DNA of 64,000 nucleotides from Paraspadella gotoi (taxonomy: Eukaryota > Animalia > Chaetognatha): contig CM119266.1 of NCBI GenBank assembly GCA_051294375.1, positions 19,231,657 to 19,295,656 of the forward strand, written 5' to 3'. The notes under the pieces are model-generated. The model was not told where the DNA came from. It worked only from the letters and a program-made list of their open reading frames with translations, and did not search any database. Made by a program: the position numbers and the translations under genes. Below are positions 1-12,317 of the stretch, in pieces (positions within the stretch are counted from its first letter, which is position 1; the number at the start of each line of letters is the position of its first letter).

Positions 1-3000
1 GGAAGTCGAAAAAACGAGAAGAGAAACAAAGAACAAAACCGAATCTCCAGCGATACTCACGAAAAACATCGTCCAGAAATCGTCGAACGGTTCGGCGAAA
101 CAGAGGCGAAAATCGAATAAATCCGGATGCTGTTTCCGAGTCTGCTCTGACAACGAAATGGAATTTTCGCGTTCAGAGTCTTCTTTAATTCTCCATCGTA
201 TTCCTCGTCATCATCATCATCTTCCTCTTTCTTCGATCAAACATCTTCTCGGCTTCGAGAGGCGGAACTCTCCTCATCCTCCTCGGGTCGCATCCTCCAG
301 CGCCCAAACTGCCGGCGCCACGAATCCCCGAAGACCCGCGGCGAATCCGAAACGCCAAACGACGGCCCGCCAAATACTTCAGCTACGTGGGCGGTCACGG
401 GGGTCCCGTACGGGGTCGCTTCGATGACAACTATTTCGATTATACCATAGAAGCAGGTTCCTCTACCGGAACTCAACGTCCTTGTCCGGATCGGACGGAC
501 TATTCCGACTTTTCGCCAATCCCATCGACGCCGTCGAATCGGACGTCGGCACAAAGATATCTACTTTCGATTACGCCGACCGAATCCCAGGGCGACCGGG
601 AGTTCACAAGGATCGCCTCTTTCACAAATCGGGTCCAAGGCGGGTCGCCAATATTGAGAGAGGCTTCGACGTTATTGCCAACTACGTACATCCGGAGCTT
701 ACTCCTCCGACCGATCAACCAGGATTCGAATTTACGAAAGACTATTACGATCTACTAGACAAAAATTCACATTATTCACCAGGTTATACATGAGAAAAGA
801 ATAATTTCGATAAAGTAAAAAAAATTTCATCTGTTTACATTGAAGAGCGTACTTCGGAGAGTACTAGCGGAGCAACTCTATAGCTAAGTCTCTCTCGCTG
901 GTTCAGTCCCTGTCGGAATGTCCGTCGGTTTGGTTTTTTTTTTTGCTAAAACTTGAGTTAATAAACCATAAGATGCTTCTGTGCAATATGTTCCACTTGG
1001 TTGTCACGTGATCATCAGAAACTGCATATGGTCTTTTTCATACAATTGAAACATTCTGTGAATTTTATAACCAAATCATTATATGGGAAGCAGTACTCTG
1101 GCAAGTGATAAACAAGACTGTGAGAGAGTCTCGATTGAAAGCTTGCAGCACCTGCTATGTCCATATCTTGTAAGAGGTGATGGAGATCTTAAACCACCAA
1201 AGCATGTCCAAAGTCAGGGGCAAGATAGCTTATTAATAGCTAGTTCTGAGGCGGCAACATTTTGAATTCGTTTATTACATAAATAACTTGTTACATCAAT
1301 CATTTATGTCATTATAACGAAATAAGTTTAACTCAATAATTCGATAAATGAATAGCATTTAATACGTTTTCGTCCTTCATCCCTTCCGATCTTCCGCTCC
1401 GCAAGAAGTGGGAATCTGACTTGACGATTTAGCCCGAGTCCAACGAGCTCCTTCAAACTCCTCGTGAAAAACTACCGATCCGACAATTCGCGTCAATCGA
1501 CGGGCTTCCGCCAACGAGGCAGGCTTGGATCGACGAGAAGCTCCACCAGACTTCCAAATTTCCCGAAACCGCCGCCACGTGACGACTTCGCGCACGACAC
1601 CGCCTCCCGCCGCCATTGCCAGCATCCGCTCGGTCCGGAATCGTCGGCAAAGTAAACAACGACGACGACGACTTGAATCGACAATGAAGACGACGTAGAT
1701 GTTCGCTTCGAAGTTAAAGCCACCCGCGGTTATCCACCTGGAAAACGAAGAGGAACAAATCATCGACGGTAAACCGAATAAAAACTCTGCGTTTAAAAAG
1801 GAAAGAAAACAAGTTCGCTGCTTACTAAATAAAAACAAAACAATAAACGTCGTAAGTGAAGTCGAGCAAGAAGGTGACCCGAAACACCCGCCTTTTTTTT
1901 TTTGTTTCACCCACGAATTTCAATTTTTTTCACTCGTTGCTTTGACCATTGATGGCATTAAATGGATAATTAACTCCGGGTCGTCCATTAACTATGACAC
2001 TTCTTTATCTTCGCTGTTTTAGATAATTTTTTTTCCCTTTCAAATGCAGAGATGAAATGCTTAATTTGCTAATGTCAAACGCATACAAATCCGTGATTGC
2101 GATTTAAACGCAGAATTTTAATTTAATCTCCTTTCTTTCAAATTGTTTTATACTAAAGTGACTTGCCGTGATGTGACTAAAATAATATGGAATAATAACA
2201 AAGCTATAGATCGTATGGAATACAGTCGTTTAAACACATAACAATAAACAAATATTTTCCTACAAAATAATTTCTTCCCTAACGCGGGATCTTTGTCGAT
2301 TATTTGAGTCATGTATACCAACCTAATTTTATTTTAATATCTAAACTGAATTATCGGATTTTGGCCCATGTAAGTGATGTTATCATCACGAATAAACGAT
2401 TTAGAACTAAAAACGGCTTTTTTGATACCCCTTTCGATTGTGCGTAGAATTAGCCAAATATTTAAGATATCTTTAATATTAAGAAAAGCTCTAGAATAGA
2501 AATGAATCGGCTAATTTGTTTTTTTAGGAGGAATCTACTCAACGTTATCCAATTCAATTCCTGACCCGAATATGGAAGATACGACGCTAACATACCAGAT
2601 CCTCGGCCGGTAATCCTCAGCCCGATCCCCCGCGGGTCTTAACCTCAGCCCGATTCCAGGGGACTACCCTCAGCCCGACGCCAGGATCCATAACCCACTC
2701 CAGACAAACGGATATCCTCACCAGGTAAAAGACAGTGTCGACGATAGCGTGGATAAATTGATGAATTAACAAAAAAAATTTTGCGTTGTTAAATAGAAGT
2801 AAAGAGGTATTTTTGCCGCCCCCAATTTGCAGTTTAAAACTATAGTACAATCTAAAATCAAATGTAGATTTTTAGAATTTTACTACTCAAAAATTTAACA
2901 TTATTTCCACATCAAGTTAAAAAGTAAATTACATCGATATAGAATCAAGATGAAGTAATCGCGAGCAGCCCTTAATTTCATAGTTTTTATTTTCGCGACC

Positions 3001-6000
3001 GGATCCGTTTTTTAGACACAAAGGATTGCAGCCGCGCCGCACTCCCTGCAAGGACTGTCAGCATTGACATTGACCTGGAAACGGTGATTTCTTTGGATGC
3101 TCATTCCATCTCGGTTCCCAATATCACTGACAATTCGAGTGGCAGTTTGTCACCTGACATCGTATGCCAATGATGTCGGGATAGTCCCCGGGGCTAAAAT
3201 ATTAGAAATTTCTCGATGAACCAGTTTGGTACGACAATCCTCTCCGCTTTCGATCCCATGGCAATTTCCCTTAACAAGTCGAACCTTTTAAACCTCAGTT
3301 TTAAACTCCGTGAAAAGTGATCACTAATGATGCAATGACGTTCTCTTCGTTGGTCCTCACAGTTTTCATCGCGCAGCGACGATGGAACCGACTTCTTGTC
3401 GTCTTGCAATGAATCTTGTCGGAGACGAAACTCATTTAGCATTTTTGCAATTCACAACTGATGAGTTGAAAACCTTATTTTGATTATTATGACGATCGGA
3501 TTAAGAGCTTCCAGTTATTTTAATAACTTTTACAGCTAAATATTTTATTCACTGTTTGTCACCAATTTCGGCCCCTTATTTTTCCAGAACGCCACCCCAT
3601 TTCATCTTAAACGGCGGAATTAGGTTAATCTTTTAATAAAAATTAGGTGGAGGTAAGGTTTAAGGATTAGGTTAAGCTTAACGTTAAAAGATTAGATTAT
3701 AAATAATGGATTAGGTTTAAGGTTTAGGTTCCAAAAATTAGGGTAGGGTTATTAGATAAACAGTAATTCAGGTAAGGATTAAGATTATGTTTTTAGAATA
3801 TATTTATTTAAATCTAAAAGTGTCAAAATTAAATACGGGAATAAAGGACAGATATGAGGCGCTTTTGAAAAGAGAGCCTATAATTTTCCTGATACTTTTA
3901 GTTGGATAAATTTGTATGTCGTACTTTGTCAGATTGATTGGTGACTCAATGAATTCGTTTTTATTTTAAACCAGAGGAAGTAGTGAAGAGCTCAGGATCC
4001 TCGAGGAACTCGATTGACCTCCCTAGATGGACTTAGAGGCGGATCACATCGAAGGGGTAAACATTTTGTCTCTGTCAAACTGAGCCTAATTCCGCTGTGT
4101 GCTGCTGCATAATTTGCTGCGAGCTACCGATATTGTTGCTTAACATTCGCTTCACAATAATATTTATTCGTTTATATTTTTTTGCGGCGTATCTCTCGGC
4201 TAATTTCGGGTAATTGAAGCAATATTGTCCTTTCAACAGATGCACGGACATTATATACAATAATTATTCAAGCTTTTTTTTGGTGGAAACGGATACATAA
4301 TATATATCGAATAGCCGTATCTTTTATATATTTATAATAATGTATATGGTAGATGAAGTAAACTAACTAAGTCTAAACCAAGTCTAAACAATAAATAATT
4401 AAACAAAATCATCAAAATTACGTTTGAAGTTCAATAGCAATATAATTAACAGTTGTTTGTTTTTTTTTCAACTCACACTTCCATTTTTATTTGTTTAGTG
4501 GCATGTTCTTAGGTGCAAGCTCATAGTTTAAAATAGCAGTAAAGTCTGAAGCGATGACCGGTCCCTACAATCTATAAAAAAAAAAATTTTAACGTAATAA
4601 TTTCATACTTCAGCACAACTACTTGGTGTTTCAAACAACAGGGTCCTGTAATGTTAGTTTAAATCTAATCTGCAATCTTTTTTAAAATAAAACTAAATAT
4701 ATGGTGCCGCAGAAATTTTAGAAGTTCACAGCACGGCTCTCGTCCGGCTTTCATTTCCATTGGCCGGAGCAGATCGAGCTTCCACCCAATCCAAGTTCTC
4801 GATATGCCTTTGGAATCAGAAATGGCCAGATGGGAGCCGCGAGGACGCTTGTTCTCACATCTTTGTGCAACGTACGGCATCGTGTTTCAGCAATGATACG
4901 AAAAATTATAAAACCCTAGAAATTTTCAATGCGTTCGCGTTGATGATAGTCCTCAACTCCTTCTGCGGGTACAATGAAAATACATAATAATAAATTATAA
5001 ATATATAATAAATATGTATCAAATTTGTAAGTAGACAGTCTCTTCGGAGGCCGTGGGTTCGAATCCCACCGCTGCCAACCACAATTTAGTAAGTAGACCA
5101 GGGATTTCTGAGCGAAACCAAAGTGGATTTTATTTCTTCGAAAAATAAACGATAAACAATGACGGGTGTCAAATTTCAAGCAGAGTGAATCAATACAGAA
5201 TTCGGTTCCCGTTTTAATACAGCCCCCAAACGATCGGAGGTAAGGTAAAATTTCCGACCATCTTGTTCATTTGGCCGGTGCCAATTTTGTCTTTCAACCA
5301 ATGAGAATGTTCCATTGTATTTCCGATCCGACCGTTGATCCGATCCGTTGATCCATTCGATTTCTTGAAGTCCTGATTCCTCTGCGATGTAATCATAAAT
5401 AGTATTGTATTTTTTGATAAAAGAAAAATGAGTTCAACAATAAAATTAAATAAATATGAATAATTTGAAAATAAAATTGAATAGTCAATTGTTCATCAAA
5501 CGGCTATGTATTTGTTGTTTAGTGAAGATTACTAGGCGACTGAACTACAGTAAATTTACTTTGTACCCTCGCGTGGTTTGGTTATTTGATTTTTTTTATC
5601 TTCTTAGATAACAATTAAATTTATTTATCTAATTAATGATCATTAACATCCTCATTTCTAACCGATAAAAGTGGCCAAGAGATACATTATTAATTATTTT
5701 GACAAATGGAAAGTTTTACAGGACCCTGTTTAAAACACAGACATGTTTTCGTTCACGCGCATAGATAACACAGTTTAGAAAAGATAACACTTTATTAAGC
5801 ATTCATTTCCATTTTCGATAATAGAAGGAAAGAAATCCAGTTTTCACGCCAAGTCTCATTAGAATGCGTTGAATTAGAAACGGACTGCCAACAAACCTAG
5901 TACTCCATTGTTTAAATTTCATAATTTTTCCGTCGTTGCTCTTTTGTCCCAGTTCCGCCTGTGGCGTCCATCCAACATGAATATCGCCATATGTCGTTTT

Positions 6001-9000
6001 GGGTCATTTCGAACAAAAACAAAAAACCAAAAGAACATTAATACAACTTTATTCTTTAGAATTGCTTTCTTATTGACATCATTATACTCGGCCGTGTTGA
6101 TATTTTATTTTAATATATTATTTCAGTGTGTCCTAAGTTGAATACGTATAGAGCTTTTTTACCGACGCTTGCCTTCGAATCGAAGTTGCATCCCTTAGCT
6201 GAAAGGTTCCCTCCATTGCGCCGTTAATGTGTTCTCTTTAAACCTTTACAATGATTTTTTAAAAATCAGAAAGCCGTCGTTTTATTTTTTTTTTTAAGTG
6301 AAAAAAAAAAATAAGACTCTAATTTATAGAAAACAATATTCGTTGTTATTTTTGTGATAGTCTCTTTTTTAATCGTCCGCGTGCATGCAGTGATCATCAT
6401 ATCATCATAATGAATCATTTTTAAATAGAAACGCTTTTTTTTTTTTTCGTTTCCCGCCTCACCGAAGCCGAAAACGTTCGTCGAAGATTTTTCTCCATGA
6501 TTTTACGAACTGTTTATTTCAAAATCACCAGCATTGCGAACAATGGAAATTAAAAAAAAAAAAAATAACTATTCCTCTCAACAAACGCTTTTTAGCATTA
6601 AACCGTTAAGTATGTCATTCATAAGATTTCACATCTGACGAGAAATAAAAAATTATTTTATAACTTTGATTTCAGGCAGCAGCGGGCAAGCCCTCTCCGT
6701 GTCAGGAGAGCATTGCTATCCGGCCACGGGCGATCTTCTCATTGGACGAGACAGGATAAGTATCAGCTTCGTCCACCTGCGCGATTCGAGCGTGAGTCAA
6801 AGTCTCCTCTGCAACAGATTCAAAGTATGAGTAATAATAATTAGGCATAATGGGACTAGCCAAGTTTTTCTTACAAGAAAATTTAAAAATATTATTAACT
6901 TTTTTTATAAGCTGAATAAAAATTTGATTTTTTTTTTAGTCAAATTTTATTTGTCATTATTCATTTGAAAGCTCTACCTCTGGCCCTCTTTTGTTGCCCT
7001 CGCTCTCTGTATTTCCATGTCTCTCACCAATACATTTCTGAAATGCGTGTAATAGTTTTATTTAATGAAATAACAATATGTATATTAATATCCACCTATT
7101 TTCCTGTCCCTTGTCCTGAAGGACAACGCGCTACTGCATCGTCCTCCATCTCGAGACGAGAAAAAATGTTTTTTCATGTGCGACTCTCGGCGCCCGTTCA
7201 GATGAGCGGCCAACGAGAAAGTCACAACATTGAAACGTCGTTTCCACTTTTAACAACAGGAGGTCAGTTGTGGGCCACTCATTGTTTACTCTTTTCAACT
7301 TTAATGATTGCATAATTAAAAATAAGGAGTATAGTATCAGTATGTCCACGTCTAAGTACTTAAAGGAGTGGTCCTATTTTACCTTTTACAAATCGCAACA
7401 TTTCTTGAAAGTTTGAAACAAAGCTTATCATAAGGGAGGCCATGTACTGGGAGTGACAGATATAACTGTGAGAAAGTCCTTGATGAAAGCTTGCAGTGGT
7501 CCAGTACGTTAAATTTTGTTAGAAGGAGAGAGGGCTTAACTCAACATAATAGCCTAAGGGGCAATGAATTATCTAATTTTAGAAAATAAATGAATGAATA
7601 ATTTTAATAATTGGCTGTAGCAATTCCATCGCTTTACAAGATCGGTTCACCAATGTGTTGCGCCCGCAGTGACTTTATTTTGACGTTTATTTCTTCTTGA
7701 TATGACATGACGTGACATGACATGACACAATAACTTCTTAGCTTGTCATTTATGATACGCACTTTTTATTCTTATAGTTTAGGATTTCCTAAGGTGGCGC
7801 TAGCAGTCCCTTAATTTTGAGTTGTTTTTTTTTTCAGTCTTAAACAAATGAGCAAATGAGCAAATAGCAAGCCAAAGCAAGTAGGCGAATTATATGTATT
7901 TTTAACGTAAGTGGCAGACCGACCGGGCAAGACATAACCGACCAAACAGACCGACCGAAAAAGTGACTATAGTGTTGCTCCGCGAGTACTCGCGACTTAA
8001 CTAAAAACCAAGCAGAGGCAAATCAAATCGCGATTGCTCTTTTTTCAGAAAATCTGGTGCAATCGAAAACGGGAAGGAGTTCGTCTCGCTGCGTTTGGAC
8101 TCGAGGCCGAGTTCACTTACTCACCTCATTATGACTTTAAGACTTTTCGTCCCGCCGCATTCCTCACATCGAAAGACATAACGAATCATGGACAAACTTG
8201 GAAGATTTACAGATATTTCGCCTACAGCTGCTACGACTCTTTTTCCCAGTATGTTTTGTTCAATCGGTTTGATTAACAAGGATGTTCAATGTTAAGAAAA
8301 CCTGTTCAATGTTACATTATGAGAAACGTAAAATAATCTCTACAAGATCGAATGAATTGCGGACAATTTAATGGCAAAAAAGACCGGTAAAATGAGAGAA
8401 ACTTTTTAAAAAAATTGAGCCCATAAAAAAATATACAGGAATCTTGCTCTTTTAGAAAAGTATGAGAAAATTGGTTTAAAAGGTAGAATTAAATAATTTT
8501 TCTTTAAATTCAGGATGACTCAAAAAAAACGAGATTGACTAAAATTAATAATTTCTACATGATTGAATTTCTTTAGGCGCCATTTGTTAGTTGTTTACCC
8601 GTTGAAAGATCAAGATCAAGAATTTCAAAAATGTTTTTCATTTTATTCGAAAGTTTAACAGTTAACAGTTCTAAGTTATTGTAAATCAATAACAATCATA
8701 ACAGTAACGCAACGAATTTTCATTTATCATAAATTAATAAATAAATAAAATTTAACAACAACATGCCAATTAATTTTATAATATCGTCGACAAAAATGCT
8801 ACTCGTCAGCAATCTGTTAGCTCTTACAGCGGCTCAGGCACCCTATAATCGAGACAAAACTTAAACGTCCTGCCCTGTCTGAACGATTTGAGATACAATA
8901 TAAAAATGGGTGAAAAAGTTTTTATAGAGGGTTTTTGATTTTATATACACAGAAACAATAATTTTTAAGTCACTGCAAGGCGTTGTGGATGTTTTCAAAA

Positions 9001-10159
9001 CATTTAGTCGTTTTATGCTTGCCTTGATTAGCATACGATGAAGCATATTTGTAATATTTATTGGTTGTTTTCGGAATGTCTTATCTTCAATTAACCTGAT
9101 TAAAGCTTTTCATTACTATCCTAATTAACAACCCTTAACTTTCTTCTCTTGCAACAACAAAATTTTTTTTTTTGAGGTAAGTAAACACAAAACTTTTAAA
9201 AGAGATATAATGAATAGCTTAAATTGTTAAGCTTATATTTCTTACTTTTGACACACCTTTTTATGCATTCAGAAATTTTACATAATTCATTTATTTACTG
9301 ACAATATTGTTAATATTTTATAAAAGTAAGTTTTAATAAAAAATGAAACCAACAGTAAACTTACCATGAACCTTACCTGCCTTACTGAGCAGTTTCTTTG
9401 CTTTCAAAAAGCATATTATCAAAGAATTTCAACACGAAATTAATGTATTGTCCAAAAGCTAAGAGAGAGTATTATAAGAAATAGTTTATTCAGATTGAAA
9501 TCATTAAGAGCTAAAGAGTAATGATTTTTTCAATTTTGTCTCGATATAGTGGTCCCACCCCTGTAATTTCGAGAAAATTTACCCGAAAAAGTTCTTATCA
9601 ATCTTTAAGTTGGATGGCAAAGATATTTTCTTTTAAATCAACAAAACAAACATTTGGAAAGGACGGAACATTAATCTATTTTTATTTCTGATTAATGGCG
9701 TAGCTTGATTGTATTTGCCAAAGATTGAGAAAACAAAGATCACATAATAAAAATCGCTTTATATTTTCAAACCCGACGCTTTCTAAACGACTTTTAATTC
9801 TTTTTTCTCTCCTCTCGAATAAAATAATTACAATATAATAATAATAAAGGGTAAATTTGACATTAACAAAGTAGAATTTTGGCTTCTTTTCAACCAGCTA
9901 AACCCCAACCTAGCCCCCCCACACCCCACCTAAACCCTAGTCGGTGAATATAAAATTAAGCCAATAAGATATCTACTAATTTTAACAATTTTCCAACACC
10001 CCTTTGGTCTCAACAGACATCCCACGGACCCACGGTCAATCGGCGAAAGTTGTTCTGCGAGTCTTCGCTATCTCTACGTCCTCCAATCTACCGACGGCGA
10101 AGTCAGCTTTCAGAGTTTGAGTCCGAATATGAAATCGATACCCATACGCCGAAAACGTC
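1..10159 (+). repeat. Indel-rich direct copy of ~12598-22476 (5' laminin exons), probable assembly artefact or unpolished alternate haplotype
   Basis: Colinear over 10 kb, including introns. Differences are mostly 1-nt indels that frameshift the exons. Ends mid-exon at a 25-N gap (10160-10184). Confidence 0.9.
5036..5081 (+). pseudogene. tRNA-Leu 3'-half fragment (variable arm, T arm, acceptor strand, apparent CCA)
   Basis: CAGTCTCTTCGGAGG(C)CGTGGGTTCGAATCCCACCGCTGCCA(A)CCA matches the 3' half of metazoan tRNA-Leu(AAG/TAG). No D arm or anticodon upstream. Confidence 0.8.
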
Positions 10160-10184
10160 NNNNNNNNNNNNNNNNNNNNNNNNN
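10160..10184. other. Assembly gap (25 N). Other gaps: 29281-29290 and 29514-29523 (10 N), 43085-43109 and 44145-44169 (25 N)
   Basis: Runs of N in the sequence. Confidence 0.99.
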
Positions 10185-10443
10185 TTTTTTTTCGCTTCGT
10201 GATGAACGGGAAAATTTTTTTTTCTTTTCTCTCATTCTAAATGTGAAAAACCGAGATTATGTTTAGTTCTCTTATCGTTTTGGGGTCGAAGCTTAATGGT
10301 GTTGACGCGTGGGACGACGACCTTTAAAGAATTTGATGCCGAGGGTCAAACTTGCTTAATGGTCATTCTTATTCTATATTTCGTTGGAACAAACTCATCT
10401 GACAATACAATATTTCGATTTCCTTGGCGTGGGCAATATTTTA

Positions 10444-10543
<100 letters not shown>

Positions 10544-11801
10544 CCCTGTAAGTTTAATATCTTTCGCCTTCTCTCGCCGCGTTCGACGTCCCGCGGGGTT
10601 TTTTCAAATCTCTCCGATTATTCTTTTTTTTTTTTAATTATTTTCTTGACGTTTCCGAATAAATTCGACTCCTCCCCCCCGCCCCCCCAATTCTACCATC
10701 ACCATCGCGCAAACATGTGTCGCGCGCAATAGTTCCTTCTGATGCCTTTTGTTTGAACCATTTATTTCTAATCTTAACGAACTTTCTCTCTATCTTTATC
10801 TCTATATCTATCACTCTCTCTCTCTCTCTCTCCTTGCCCTTCATCTCTCTCCCCTCTCTCGTCTGTCCCTCTCCATGGAAAAACGACGAAATGTCGCGCT
10901 TCCGACTCTACAATAAACTTGTTGAGTAAAGATAATTCACATTTTAGAGAAAAGAAAAAACAGGCAAGTGTCACACAAAATCTTTCTTCATTTTTGAAGA
11001 AAAAGACAAAGAAAACAAAGAAAGAAAGAAAGAAAGAAAGAAAAAGAAAGAAAGAAAGAAAGAAAGAAAGAAAAGAACAAAGAAAGAAAGCAAGCAAGCA
11101 AGCAAAGCAAGCAGTGAAAAGAAAGACTCTTAAACGCCGCGACTCTCATAGTCTTTTTTGTTTTTTTGCCTTTCCCTCCTTAGGACATTTAGTAAAACTC
11201 AGCGCGTAGGGTACTACGACACGGGAGCGGCGGGGTGACGCCACCACTCCAGTCCCTCGTCGTCTCCCCATCGCCGCCCTTCACTCCCCGCTTCACCCCC
11301 CGCCACTCGCCCGTGGCGGGCAGCGCGAGGAGTAGGAGGAGGCTAGGAGGAGATTATGGGAGGAGAGAGAGAAGGAGATAGAGAGGGAGATAGGAGGAGG
11401 AGGAGGGAGAGAGAGAGGATGCTGAGAGAGAGGGAGACGCTCATTAGGCAGAGAGAGAGGGAAAGCCAGAGCGGAGAGAGAGAGAAGGGAGAGAGAGAGG
11501 CAAAGGACGGCGAGGCAAAGGCTGGAGAGAGAGAGGCTTGGAGAGAGAGACGAGCGGAGAGGAGGAAAGGTGGAAGTAGAAATAGGTACCTATGTATTTC
11601 ACATTAATTTACATTATTCTCTCCCGAAAAAAAAAAAAATCGTCGGAATGATTTTAAGAACGGCACGTTTAAAATCGACTGCTCTGCATGGCTTTCAATC
11701 AAATTTGAAATTATAAAAAAATTTTTACCGATAACGATGGCTGTTTTATACTCTATCCTATCAATTCCATGTATCGATTCGCCATGAATAACATAAATTT
11801 A

Positions 11802-11892
11802 ATGAAATCTATTAGGCCTGCTATCGATCGATTGAAATGTTTCGTCGTTCTCCGTTACGCGGCAGTTTTGACGACGTCACTGCAGATTAGCT
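11802..11892 (+). CDS. Candidate first coding exon (signal peptide) of the laminin beta gene
   Basis: ATG-open frame [30 protein letters not shown] with a basic n-region and a moderately hydrophobic core. Ends phase 1 at a weak donor (GTATAT) and joins 12358 in frame (T+GT = Cys). In-frame ATGs also at 11769 and 11784. Confidence 0.5.
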
Positions 11893-12239
11893 GTATATAT
11901 ACATACATACATTACATAGTGTATAACCAACTCATCTTTTACCTTTAACTTCTATTAAAACTGACCGAGTATCAGATTCTTCTAACCTTCGTTTTCTTTT
12001 CTTATAAGTGAAGACGAAGCAACCGCCTCTTTTCTCTTTTCACTTTTTCTATGTATTTTCGTTTGTATTATTTTCCATTTATCATTTAAATTGATTAGGT
12101 TTTGTCCTATTTCCACTTTTTCATCGCAAGAGAAAATCACTCGGAAGAAAAATAATGAAGAGATCGGAGAATTATTACCTGAGTGAGAGAAAGCCACATT
12201 TAAAAAGCTTTTCGCGAAAGCTATAAGCTATAGGGTTTT

Positions 12240-12317
<78 letters not shown>

